Of a stretch of 64,000 bases of DNA, positions 1-9,494 are shown piece by piece. The notes beneath the pieces were generated by a model. It was not told the origin of the DNA, made no database searches, and saw nothing but the letters and a program-made list of their open reading frames with translations. Numbering within the stretch: the stretch's first letter is position 1; the number at the start of each line of letters is the position of its first letter. Both the position numbers and the translations under genes were made by a program. Origin of the DNA: Actinomycetes bacterium (lineage in GTDB: Bacteria; Actinomycetota; Acidimicrobiia; Acidimicrobiales; Acidimicrobiaceae); NCBI GenBank assembly GCA_021810525.1, contig JAJZIP010000002.1, positions 2,122-66,121 of the forward strand, read 5' to 3'.

Positions 1-939
1 GGGCGAACCGTTCACTGAACTTGCGCCGTTTCCAGCTCCCCAATCGTGTTCGCTCGCGATGTGGCCACCCCAGGCCAAGACTACATATGTGTCGGCGCCT
101 ATGTTATGAGGCACCGAAAAGCTCACCTGAACCGTCGTCGTACATGTACCAGTTCCCGAAAGAACATTTTGGCTCAGGTACGTCACGCCCGTGATCGCCG
201 AACCCGAGGGACCAAAAAGATCGATGGTGCCGGGCTCCTGCGTGCCTGCAAAGGTTCCAGGCGCCCCACCGCAGCTAACCATGTTCGCGGCGGGAATTGG
301 GCTCAACGAAGTCGGCGCTGAAGGGTTGCAATTCTCCGCCTCGGTGATGAGATCGGCACAGGGATTACTGTTGTTCGCATTGACTACCTGGCCGTTGTTC
401 ACCGTGGTGGGGGTGGTTGATGCAGTCTCTGTACCATCGAATGAACCAAGGTAATCGATGGCGTGAAGCCCTGTATTGACGGTATCGTAATGGAACACGA
501 TGGTGTGGACGCCGGTTCGAATGCCCGACACTGCAGCGCGGTAGGATATGAAGTCCCCCTCTGCCCAATGCGCATTGTTACCATTGGCGTTCCCAGTAAC
601 CCAGTTCTTGTACGAAGTGCTCGCTCCTCCATTGATTCCCGGTATCGCGACACTAATCGCACCTGCATTCGAACCGACGCAAGGCTGCGCGTCAATCGGG
701 GGTCCGACAGCCCCGTTGGTGCACTGGCTGAGGCTTGCCGAGGAGGGCGGGCCCCCTTGGCCACCTGCAGCGGACGCGGCCGAAGGGCCGAACCACAAAA
801 AGCTGGTAACACTTGCAAAAATAATGGAGATTACAGAAACAACGTTAGAAACACGTCTCCAAAAGTGCCATCCTGATTGATGCTCGTGCTTAGCATCTAC
901 GACCAGGACAGACCTTCTTCCGCGACCACGACCACTCAT
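1..939 (-). CDS. secreted or membrane-anchored Cys-containing Gly/Asn/Thr-rich protein (partial; 3' end lies outside the window)
   Basis: Absent from the ORF track because it runs off the window edge. I translated the reverse frame by hand and it is open for all 313 codons from ATG 939 to base 1. A GAGG sits 6 nt upstream of the ATG. The N-terminus MSGRGRGRRSVLVV...WRRVSNVVSVISIIFASVTSFLWFGPSAASAAGG is a basic region, a hydrophobic span and an Ala-rich cleavage-like site. It continues ...NAHWAEGDFISYR...HTIVFHYDTVNTGLHAIDYLGSFDG.... The listed ORFs 399-818, 463-876 and 548-880 are other frames of this gene. Confidence 0.7.
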   Translation of the reverse strand, partial: MSGRGRGRRSVLVVDAKHEHQSGWHFWRRVSNVVSVISIIFASVTSFLWFGPSAASAAGGQGGPPSSASLSQCTNGAVGPPIDAQPCVGSNAGAISVAIPGINGGASTSYKNWVTGNANGNNAHWAEGDFISYRAAVSGIRTGVHTIVFHYDTVNTGLHAIDYLGSFDGTETASTTPTTVNNGQVVNANNSNPCADLITEAENCNPSAPTSLSPIPAANMVSCGGAPGTFAGTQEPGTIDLFGPSGSAITGVTYLSQNVLSGTGTCTTTVQVSFSVPHNIGADTYVVLAWGGHIASEHDWGAGNGASSVNGSP

Positions 940-1214
940 AGCGAGCCTCATTTCTCAGGCAACCTGACTGATAGTCATGACTCCCTGACGCGGCGAGTGC
1001 CCCACGGTCAACACAATATGCCGTTCGCCATGCAACTACTAGTAATTTACTAAACGTTAACTTTCATGTAAATACCCACAGCAATTACGCTCCAACAGCA
1101 TCAAGACTGACGGCCACATATAGAGGTCAAAGAATATGCACATAGCGCGATAGACCACAAGGGGTGGCCATTCAGTCTCTCACCAAGGTAGGTCTTGATC
1201 GATGCTGCACAACT

Positions 1215-2846
1215 TCATGACTCTAGATCGAGCCCCAGGACGACTTTGAGTCCGTATGTCTGCTCAAAGAGCGAGCGCTTTCGCCGCAGTCCGAAGGACT
1301 CTAGTTCGAAATCGCCGTCGGTATCGAGCTTTATAACGAGCCGGTCCTTGATCCTCTCCACCCTGATCGCATTTACGACAGCCTCATGAGAACGGTCCAG
1401 AGCATCGGCAAGCCTGAGGATTCCGGCAAGTTTGACAACTATCTCTTGCCACTCCGCGCTCAACTGGCCAAACGGAGCAAAATCAGGTCTCGGATATCCA
1501 CGCCTATGAAACCTTCCAAGACAGACAAGCACCCACTTCTCCTGAGGGGTGAATCCCTTGAGTCTGGAGTGCTCTATCAGATATGCGGAGTGTTTGTCGT
1601 GATCCTCCATAGCAATATGCTCCCCAATGTCGTGAAGCAGTGCAGCAAAGAAAAGCAACTCACGCTCGCGATCGGACAGATTGTGCAGCGAAATGGTCTG
1701 GTCGAAGAGGGAGAGCGCCAGTTTGGCAACCTGCTCTGCATGGAAGCTGTTCCACATAAAGCGCTTTGTAACCCCCACAACCGAGGCGTGGCGAATGGAT
1801 TCTATGCCGCCCTCGAGAGAGTCGTATCCTTCGAGCTCAGAAAGTATGATCCCCTCCCTCAAAGCCCACTCCGATACAGTCATCGCGTTGAATTTAAAGA
1901 TCTGCATAAGCTCATCTAGGACGATTGCTGCCGCTGGAATAATGTCTACCCTCTTCGGATCGAGCCCTGGAATTGAAAACCTGGTCGCGGTGTCACTCTT
2001 GAGAATCGCCTTGCCTGTCGATCTCAGCATGGAGCGTTTCACAGCCGCTTGATTCATGTCACCTAGGGCACCCGGATCCAAATCTGGCTGCTCTGCAAGG
2101 ATCGCGATGCGAACTAGATTCAACAGGCTGCCCGACGAGCCGATCAGGTCGACTGGGGAGTATCTCTCGGCTTGGGCGCGCACCGGCGCAAGCACCTCGC
2201 GAACGTGTCTCCTCATCTTCTGGATCTCTTTGACTCCAAGCTGGTTGGTATCACTGAAGAACCTGGCAGTCAACCTGCCAACCCCAAGGTTGAAGCTTTG
2301 CGACCAGAGCAACTCATTTTGGGTACCGATAACAAGTTCAAGGCTCCCCCCACCGAGGTCGGCGCACATGACCACCTGGTCGTGAAAGCTTACGGAACTG
2401 CTTACTGCCTTGAATATAAGTTCCGCCTCCCTGGCACCGGAGATGACGGACACCGAGACGCCGGTCTCATCTTCGATTAGGTCAACGATCTCTGACGAGT
2501 TTTCCGCGTCGCGAAAGGCAGACGTGGCCAGGGCAACCAACTCGCTTGCACCCAAGGACTCGGCTAGAGCCCGAAACGAGCGAATTGCGTCTACCACATC
2601 CTTTGCATGAGCCTCATCAATATATCCGAGCTTTGAGACCACATCGCCAAGGCGAATCATGGACTTCTCTTTCAGAAGTACCTCGAAACTCTTCCCGGAC
2701 AGTGCTCGTGCCACTACGAGATGGAATGAGTTTGAACCAAGATCCAAAGCCGCTATGGTGTTCGCAGATTCCAGCCGATCCGGAACCAAAATCTCTGTGA
2801 TTTTCGAAAAGACCGCTCCCCTAGCCTTGCGACTTATCTCAGTCAT
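1215..2846 (-). CDS. ppx: exopolyphosphatase / guanosine pentaphosphate phosphohydrolase (Ppx/GppA family) with C-terminal HD domain
   Basis: LDLGSNSFHLVVAR is the Ppx/GppA N-terminal motif. The C-terminus has the HD-type LLHDIGEHI...HDKHSAY. The ORF-track start (GTG 2879) was replaced by ATG 2846, which has GAGAGGGA about 9 nt upstream. Either start is possible. Confidence 0.9.
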   Translation of the reverse strand: MTEISRKARGAVFSKITEILVPDRLESANTIAALDLGSNSFHLVVARALSGKSFEVLLKEKSMIRLGDVVSKLGYIDEAHAKDVVDAIRSFRALAESLGASELVALATSAFRDAENSSEIVDLIEDETGVSVSVISGAREAELIFKAVSSSVSFHDQVVMCADLGGGSLELVIGTQNELLWSQSFNLGVGRLTARFFSDTNQLGVKEIQKMRRHVREVLAPVRAQAERYSPVDLIGSSGSLLNLVRIAILAEQPDLDPGALGDMNQAAVKRSMLRSTGKAILKSDTATRFSIPGLDPKRVDIIPAAAIVLDELMQIFKFNAMTVSEWALREGIILSELEGYDSLEGGIESIRHASVVGVTKRFMWNSFHAEQVAKLALSLFDQTISLHNLSDRERELLFFAALLHDIGEHIAMEDHDKHSAYLIEHSRLKGFTPQEKWVLVCLGRFHRRGYPRPDFAPFGQLSAEWQEIVVKLAGILRLADALDRSHEAVVNAIRVERIKDRLVIKLDTDGDFELESFGLRRKRSLFEQTYGLKVVLGLDLES

Positions 2847-2910
2847 CGATACTTTTCCCTCTCTGCCGCAGTCACTCACCTTTAAAAACAGCTAACCACA
2901 TCGACCACGA

Positions 2911-4029
2911 CTAAGACCATTTTCCCACGAAACCAGCAACCTCTTGTTCCTCCTGGGAAAGCCTCTCCCAAGGCAGCGACACCAGCTCTTCTAAGAACAA
3001 CCCAAACTCATGAAGGCTGTGCTCTTTAGCACGCCTTAGCCGAGACACCTTGGACACGAGCAACTCAGAAAGCCTTTTGGCTGGAGGTGTTGGAGCCTCA
3101 TGCCTGGCAAAAACGACATGCCCGGCTGCGCGCAACTCCGCCGCCAGCATCACTGCGCTCTCTGTAAGCAGACCCGAAATCCAGGTCTCGAGATCACCGC
3201 CTGAGGATCCCTCGGACGCCAGCCCTTCCACAAACTCTGCTGCAATAGCTCTAGCACTATCCTCGGTGAGCCCAACGAGAACTGCCTCGGCAAACGCCTT
3301 CAAACCTGCTTCAGAACCCCCAGACCCGCCCAACACCATGCTCGCCAACACGCTGAGATCGCTCACCACAGGGTGGTCGTAGCGGTCAAGCAGTCCTGAG
3401 ATGAAACGATGATTACCAGGATTTTCGATTGCCTGTTCCAACTTTGAAGAACTCTTCGAGTGGGAGGCACCGCTAGCCAAAAAAAGCTGTGATATCTTCT
3501 CCGCATCATCCTCAAAGCTCGGACTCAGCAACTCGATCTCGATCTCTCGAAATCGGCTCCCTTTGTTCGGGCCTTCGATGACCTCAACTAGATCATCGTC
3601 CAATTCGACGACCGGCTCAGCCTCGCTTGACTCGAAAAGCATGGGACGCCTGACTGCAGAGAGCACTGCAAGCTCCCTCAGCTCCCCCCCCGCGCCAAAC
3701 ACCCTCATTGCAGGATCAAAATACGAGGGTACGGTGCCCCCGTCCGCTTTCACCTCGAACTCAAACCTCGCGCTGCGATAGCTCACATCCCTTGGTGGTG
3801 CAAATTTGAGCGTCCACACCCCGATGCAGCCGGAACGGTCGATGTCTTCACCCCTAAACCTAAGCGCTGCACCACAGGAAAACAGATCATAGCCGTCTGT
3901 ATCCAAATATGTCGTGATAGTCCGCCTGGCCGACTTCGAAGTGATCCGCAGACTATTCCATTGGCGACCCAGGTCAGGAAGCGCAAATTCGAACGGCGCA
4001 GAAAGCTTGATCTCTACTTCGAAATTCAC
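2911..4029 (-). CDS. CYTH (triphosphate tunnel metalloenzyme) domain protein with acidic helical C-terminal domain
   Basis: The N-terminal half carries the CYTH ExExK signature (FEVEIKL) and the distal REIEIEL strand. GTG 4029 overlaps the ppk stop by 4 nt (GTGA). The longest ORF would start at TTG 4053. Confidence 0.75.
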   Translation of the reverse strand: MNFEVEIKLSAPFEFALPDLGRQWNSLRITSKSARRTITTYLDTDGYDLFSCGAALRFRGEDIDRSGCIGVWTLKFAPPRDVSYRSARFEFEVKADGGTVPSYFDPAMRVFGAGGELRELAVLSAVRRPMLFESSEAEPVVELDDDLVEVIEGPNKGSRFREIEIELLSPSFEDDAEKISQLFLASGASHSKSSSKLEQAIENPGNHRFISGLLDRYDHPVVSDLSVLASMVLGGSGGSEAGLKAFAEAVLVGLTEDSARAIAAEFVEGLASEGSSGGDLETWISGLLTESAVMLAAELRAAGHVVFARHEAPTPPAKRLSELLVSKVSRLRRAKEHSLHEFGLFLEELVSLPWERLSQEEQEVAGFVGKWS

Positions 4030-6152
4030 TTTGCGAATCCCGTCCGGAACCAAAGCCGTCGACCGTTTCTTCTGATGGGTGTGACACCTTCCAAGGCCAT
4101 CTCCTGGAAGCGATCCTGAGCCTTCACTTGCGCGGAGCCCGAAGGCTTGACCCAGTCACCGTTATCCAAAAGCACCCATGACGAGCAGTCATCCTCAAGA
4201 TCCAGATTGACGATTTCCATCACCCGTTTACGCAAAAGAGGATCGTCTATCGGAAACAGTGCCTCTATCCGTCGATCAAGATTTCTCTGCATCAGATCCG
4301 CCGATCCGGCAAAAATCCTGCAGCTCTCGCTTTCCATATCGCCGAAGATGAAAATTCTCGAGTGCTCGAGAAATCTACCTACGATCGACTTCACATTGAT
4401 GTTCTCCGATAGCCCAGCCACCTGAGGTCGCAGGCAGCAAACGCTGCGAACAATCAGATCGATACTCGCACCTGAACGAGATGCCGCATATAGCGAGTCG
4501 ATGACTTCTGGATCTATGAGCCCGTTTACCTTGATGATGATGCGGCCAGCCTCGCCCAGTTCCGCCTGTTCGGCGATGAACTCCAAAATCCTCGCACGCA
4601 TTCTCCCTGGAGCAAGAATCAGCTTTTTGTACTCCACCCTCTTCGAAAAACCTGTCAAGAGGTTAAATACTTCGGAAAGATCTGAACCAAAGTCAGAATT
4701 GGCGGTGAGAAGGCCGATGTCTTCGTAAGACTTGGCGGTCTTTGAGTTATAGTTGCCTGTGCCAAGGTGGCAGTAACGGAGCGTCGACCCATCCTCCTCG
4801 CGCCTGACCACAAGTACCGCCTTGAGGTGTGTCTTCAGACCCGCAAGGCCATAGACGACATGGACGCCCGCCTCTTCCAGAGCTCTCGCCCACCCTATGT
4901 TCGCCTGCTCGTCGAATCGCGCCTTCACCTCCACCAGTGCTGCAACCTGTTTACCGGCCTCGGCGGCCTTGATGAGTGACGCGACAATTCGCGAATCGCC
5001 GGAGGTCCGATATAGGGTCTGCTTGATGGCCAGCACGGCGGGATCGGCGGCGGCCTGTTCGATAAAACGTTCTACGGTCGCTGAAAACGACTCATACGGA
5101 TGATGCAACAGGACGTCACGCTGTCGAATTGTCGCGAAAACATTGACAGAGCCTGGATCGGCTCCACCTAATGACAAAGGAGTCACCGGCACCCAGTCCG
5201 AGTCGTGAAGATCCGGGCGCATGATCTCATAGACATTCCAGAGCCCGCTTAAATCGAGAGGGCTGTTAACTACGTAGACGTCGTCTGGATGCAACCTGAG
5301 CTCGTTGACCAGCAGCGCCACCACCTGAGGCTCCGGACTTCCCTGGAACTCAAGCCGAACCGCCCTGCCGAACCTCCGCCGACGCAGCTCCATCTCGACG
5401 AAAGCCAAGAGGTCGTCCGCTTCCTCCTCCTCAAGTGTCAGGTCAGCGTTCCTGCTCACCCTGAAAAAGTAGTGCGCTCCGATTTCCATCTCTGGGAAAA
5501 GCTTGTCTAGATGGGCCCATATCAGCTGTTCGAGAGGGATAAACCTGACCCCGTCCGGAAGGGAGACGAAGCGGGGAAGAATCGGCGGAACCTTCACCCT
5601 GGCAAATCGAGATGATCCTGAAACCGGATCGGAAACCTTGGCGAGCAGATTCAGTGAAAGATTGGAAATGTATGGAAAAGGATGCGAGGGATCAACTGCA
5701 AGAGGAGTAAGTACCGGAAAGATCGTGGCCTCGAACACGTCTACGAGATACTCTCGATCCTTCTCGGAAAGTTCGGCCCAGTTCAACAGTTTGATTCCGG
5801 CATCTGAGAGTGCAGGGAGCAGACTCTCGTTGTAGATCTGATCCACCCGTTCCACGAGCAAAAGAACTTTGGCCCTTACCGCCTGAAGTTGCTCCCTGAC
5901 GCTGAGGCCATCCGGGCTCAAAGAACGGACTCCCGCCGCCAGCTGATCCTTGAGCCCTGCTACTCTTACTTGAAAGAATTCATCCAAACCGTCAGAAAGA
6001 ATTGCCAAAAATTTGGCTCTCTCCAGCAGAGGAACGGTCTTTTCCTCAGCCAATTCAAGCACCCGAGAGGCAAAGTCAAGCCACGACAGTTCACGATTTA
6101 TGTAGCGATAGCTACCAAAACTTTCAACCTCTAGATCAGACACAGAGTCCAT
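4026..6152 (-). CDS. ppk: polyphosphate kinase 1
   Basis: 708 aa. RYINRELSWLDFASRVLELAEE is the classic PPK1 N-terminus. Both PLD-like C-terminal domains are present (HLGTGNYN..., SADLMQRNLDRRIE). Confidence 0.95.
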   Translation of the reverse strand: MDSVSDLEVESFGSYRYINRELSWLDFASRVLELAEEKTVPLLERAKFLAILSDGLDEFFQVRVAGLKDQLAAGVRSLSPDGLSVREQLQAVRAKVLLLVERVDQIYNESLLPALSDAGIKLLNWAELSEKDREYLVDVFEATIFPVLTPLAVDPSHPFPYISNLSLNLLAKVSDPVSGSSRFARVKVPPILPRFVSLPDGVRFIPLEQLIWAHLDKLFPEMEIGAHYFFRVSRNADLTLEEEEADDLLAFVEMELRRRRFGRAVRLEFQGSPEPQVVALLVNELRLHPDDVYVVNSPLDLSGLWNVYEIMRPDLHDSDWVPVTPLSLGGADPGSVNVFATIRQRDVLLHHPYESFSATVERFIEQAAADPAVLAIKQTLYRTSGDSRIVASLIKAAEAGKQVAALVEVKARFDEQANIGWARALEEAGVHVVYGLAGLKTHLKAVLVVRREEDGSTLRYCHLGTGNYNSKTAKSYEDIGLLTANSDFGSDLSEVFNLLTGFSKRVEYKKLILAPGRMRARILEFIAEQAELGEAGRIIIKVNGLIDPEVIDSLYAASRSGASIDLIVRSVCCLRPQVAGLSENINVKSIVGRFLEHSRIFIFGDMESESCRIFAGSADLMQRNLDRRIEALFPIDDPLLRKRVMEIVNLDLEDDCSSWVLLDNGDWVKPSGSAQVKAQDRFQEMALEGVTPIRRNGRRLWFRTGFAK

Positions 6153-6266
6153 GTAAAAAGGCTATTTGATTTTATGTGGTTTTGAGCGGCTTATGTGATT
6201 GCAATGCTAAAGATTCGATAAGGGTGCCGGCGGTGAAGACAGTCGTAACCACGACCACCTGCTAAT

Positions 6267-7655
6267 ATGCCTGTAGCGCAGATTCATGACGCAAATAAGA
6301 GAGCCTATATGAGCACAGGAAACTTGTTATCGACGCCACGTCCAGTCAATTCTGACTGGCGTGCCAAGTTTCATTTGGGGAAGAAGAACAAGAGACGCTC
6401 CACCGAACTTGGTCTTTTGATCATTTCGATAATCATCACCGTCTCTGCCTATGTAGTGGCATCTCTGGGCAAGTCGGCAACGATACCAACCAACATCATC
6501 CCGATTCTTGCCGCGCTTCTTGCTCTTAGCCTCACGGCCCACTTAGGCACCAGAAAGCTGGCACCGAACGCCGATCCGATAATACTGCCTATAGCCTCCC
6601 TCCTCAACGGGCTCGGCTTCGTGATGATAACGAGAATCGACTATCACGAGGCCATCCTTCAAGCAATCTGGAGCGCTGTTGGAGTGGCCGGTTATCTTGC
6701 GTCACTATATTTCATCCGCAACTCTGCGGTCCTCGACCGCTATCGATACCTGTTGGGAGCTGGCGGGATCGCCCTCCTGATGCTTCCGCTGGTTCCGAAA
6801 CTCGGCATCAATATAAACGGCGTTCGCCTCTGGATACATCTCGGACCGCTGACGTTTCAGCCCGTAGAGGCGGCAAAACTCCTCTTGGCAATCTTTTTCG
6901 CGTCCTATTTCGTAGAAAAACGCGAACTGCTCGGTCACCCGATCGGCGGTGACAAAAAGGTGACACTGATAGAGGTTCGAGCGCTTGGCCCGATCTTTGC
7001 CGCCTGGGGAATCTCGCTACTGATCATGACCGCAGAGCGCGATGTGGGATTTTCCCTGCTGATCTTCCTCGTCTTCATAATCACCCTTTGGCTTGCGACC
7101 TCGAGGAAAACTTTTCTTGTCCTTGGTGGTGGTCTATTCGGATTGGGAACGATCGTAGCCTCGATCCTCTTCTCACATGTGCGTGAGCGCTTAATAGTAT
7201 GGCTGAATCCTTGGAAGTACGCCTCTACCATTGGCTACCAGCTGATTCAGGGTCAGTTCGCCTTGGGCTACGGCGGAGTCGGGGGAACTGGTCTTGGCCG
7301 TGGCCATCCTAATTTAATTCCCGTCGTTGCAAGCGACTACATCTTCGCGGCCATCGGTGAGGAGATGGGCCTGCTCGGGACGACAGCAATCGTCTTCGCG
7401 TTCCTCATTCTCGTTGGTGCCGGACTGCGTGCAGCGTTGCGAGCAAGGAACGACTTTTCCAAACTATTGGCCGCTTCATTCACCGTCATAATCGGACTTC
7501 AGTCCTTCTTCATCATGGCCGGTATAGTCAGGTTGCTCCCTTTGACGGGTGTCACCCTCCCATTCGTCGCATATGGAGGATCATCTCTGGTAGCCAACTA
7601 CGTCCTGATCGCAATTCTGATGAGAATATCTCACGAAGGAAACCTCTTACAGTAG
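6267..7655 (+). CDS. rodA: SEDS glycosyltransferase, actinobacterial RodA type (FtsW/RodA/SpoVE family)
   Basis: Multi-TM protein, co-linear with my memory of M. tuberculosis RodA: ...APNADPIILPIASLLNGLGFVMITRID..., DYIFAAIGEEMGLLG, LPFVAYGGSSLVANYVLIAILMRIS. A later start at MSTGNLL is possible. Confidence 0.85.
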   Translation: MPVAQIHDANKRAYMSTGNLLSTPRPVNSDWRAKFHLGKKNKRRSTELGLLIISIIITVSAYVVASLGKSATIPTNIIPILAALLALSLTAHLGTRKLAPNADPIILPIASLLNGLGFVMITRIDYHEAILQAIWSAVGVAGYLASLYFIRNSAVLDRYRYLLGAGGIALLMLPLVPKLGININGVRLWIHLGPLTFQPVEAAKLLLAIFFASYFVEKRELLGHPIGGDKKVTLIEVRALGPIFAAWGISLLIMTAERDVGFSLLIFLVFIITLWLATSRKTFLVLGGGLFGLGTIVASILFSHVRERLIVWLNPWKYASTIGYQLIQGQFALGYGGVGGTGLGRGHPNLIPVVASDYIFAAIGEEMGLLGTTAIVFAFLILVGAGLRAALRARNDFSKLLAASFTVIIGLQSFFIMAGIVRLLPLTGVTLPFVAYGGSSLVANYVLIAILMRISHEGNLLQ

Positions 7656-7658
7656 CCA

Positions 7659-8171
7659 TCAGCTCCCATCAAAGAGGTCCTCGTCGATCAATATCGGTAC
7701 CGGCAAGGGCTGGCCAAGAGCAAGTATGATGCCGTCCGAAGGTCGACATGGGAACATCTTCGGTCGTCCGGATGCCGCCGTGAAGGTGACCTGGGCCAGG
7801 TAGACCCCATTTTCCACACCCGTAATCTGGACGACTGCCACGCTGAAATCGAAGGCGGTCATCACCTCGCAAAACAGATCACCCATCATTGGGCGTGGCG
7901 GCTTGATCCCGGAAAGCAGCCCAGAGATGATGCCTGCTTGTTCAAGAGAGATGGGGATGGTCAGAGTACGCTTGGGCTCGTCGAGTTCGACAAACTCAAG
8001 CCTGCCAAAGGTCTCAGGAAGATTCACGCCGACGCCTGAAACAATCGCCTGACGATACATTGGGAGCCTCTCCGGCGGCCCGAGCAGGGGCTGTGGCTCA
8101 CCGTCACTCGGTTTCGAAGCGCGATCACTAGCCGACGGGTCACTTTCTTCCCCAGACATCTCCACCTTCAT
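7659..8171 (-). CDS. bifunctional nuclease (BFN, DUF151) domain protein
   Basis: LTIPISLEQAGIISGLLSGIKPPRPMMGDLF...VENGVYLAQVTF...PCRPSDGIILAL matches the BFN/DUF151 core. ATG 8171 overlaps the upstream SEDS stop (ATGA). An alternative ATG at 8060 has GGAGAGG 6 nt upstream and would remove the acidic N-terminal tail. Confidence 0.75.
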   Translation of the reverse strand: MKVEMSGEESDPSASDRASKPSDGEPQPLLGPPERLPMYRQAIVSGVGVNLPETFGRLEFVELDEPKRTLTIPISLEQAGIISGLLSGIKPPRPMMGDLFCEVMTAFDFSVAVVQITGVENGVYLAQVTFTAASGRPKMFPCRPSDGIILALGQPLPVPILIDEDLFDGS

Positions 8172-9301
8172 CGAGGATTCCTCATGCCGACGTTCAACAC
8201 AAGCCCTATTGCGGCAAAGAAGGCAAGCGCCGCTGATCCACCATAGCTAAGAAACGGTAGGGGAATCCCGGTTATTGGCATGATACCCATGGTCATACCT
8301 GCATTCTGAAAGATCGAAAATGCCAAAAACCCGAGCACGCCGCCGGCCAGCATCTTCCCGAGCGGATCCTTGGCCCTCCTCATGACACTCCAGACTCGCC
8401 AAGTCATGTAGGCGTAAAGTAGCAGGAGGCCTCCTGCACCCACAAAACCCAGCTGCTCGCCAACGGCTGTGAAAATGAAATCGGTCTGTTGTTCGGGAAC
8501 GTAAGAAAGATTTGTTTGTGTCCCATTGAAAAGCCCCTTTCCAAAGAGGCCTCCGGAGCCAATCGCGATCTTCGACTGTGTAAGGTTGTATCCACTCTGA
8601 AGTGCTGAGGTGTTCGGGTTCACAAACGAGGTAAGCCTTTGAAGCTGATACTTCTGAAGGACTCCCAATGCCAGTATCGCGACTACCGCAATGGCGCCAA
8701 CCGCAAATAGGACAGCCAGCCAGCCCAATGACACACGCGCTAAAATGAGCATCGTGAGTAGCACGAATCCCATCACGAGTGCCGTTCCGATGTCAGGCTG
8801 CTTGACGACCAAGAGCATCGGAACACCGGCAATTACAAGTATTTTGATCAGCATCTTCGCGTCCAGCTCTTCTTCCTGGTGAACCTGAAGATAAGCAGCT
8901 ATCGCCAGGATGATTGCAAGTGCCGCAAATTCGGACGGCTGCAACTGAAGAGGGCCGAACTGGAACCAGCGCTGGGAACCAAGCGCTCGCTTGCCAAAAG
9001 GTGTCAAAACCCCTAGGAGGGCAAGCACCACCCCACCGTATACGACGAATCCCAAGCTTCCCAACTGGTGATAGTCGATGGTCACCAAGATGAACATCAC
9101 AACTATCCCGACCATAACGTAAATAGCCTGCCGCTCAAGGTAGGCGTACTGGTTCAGTCCTGCCAAAATGAGCTGTTCCCGGGTCGCGGAATAGACCATT
9201 ACAACACCCAGAAATGCAATAGAGACTGTTACAAAGAATAGAGTAAAGTCAAAATGAAGGAGCGTCTTGGTCCAACTTCTCGACCTATCTGCTGGCATCA
9301 A
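8168..9301 (-). CDS. SEDS protein, short RodA/MrdB-like form (FtsW/RodA/SpoVE family)
   Basis: 377 aa, about 10 TM segments. Motifs: VPEQQTDFIFTAVGEQLGFVG and PITGIPLPFLSYGGSA. Confidence 0.88.
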   Translation of the reverse strand: MMPADRSRSWTKTLLHFDFTLFFVTVSIAFLGVVMVYSATREQLILAGLNQYAYLERQAIYVMVGIVVMFILVTIDYHQLGSLGFVVYGGVVLALLGVLTPFGKRALGSQRWFQFGPLQLQPSEFAALAIILAIAAYLQVHQEEELDAKMLIKILVIAGVPMLLVVKQPDIGTALVMGFVLLTMLILARVSLGWLAVLFAVGAIAVVAILALGVLQKYQLQRLTSFVNPNTSALQSGYNLTQSKIAIGSGGLFGKGLFNGTQTNLSYVPEQQTDFIFTAVGEQLGFVGAGGLLLLYAYMTWRVWSVMRRAKDPLGKMLAGGVLGFLAFSIFQNAGMTMGIMPITGIPLPFLSYGGSAALAFFAAIGLVLNVGMRNPR

Positions 9302-9494
9302 CGCTCCTCTACAACTAAAATTAATCTTCTACACATAACGAATTTTCGAATCTATAAATGGACATAACAACTTCTTAAAATTACAGGAATGCCGATCGAC
9401 GAGGATAGCAGCAGCTGCACATGCAAAACTTAGATTTTAGCGGTACATTAAACCTAGCCTTATTACCTCACGTGTTAGGACAGGAGCAACTTAG

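Noticed and set aside
399-880. ORF-track ORFs 399-818(-), 463-876(+) and 548-880(+)
   Set aside because: All overlap the 313-codon open reverse frame (1-939), which has a signal peptide, an SD and a protein-like composition. These alternatives are Arg/Pro/Ser-rich off-frame or antisense translations.
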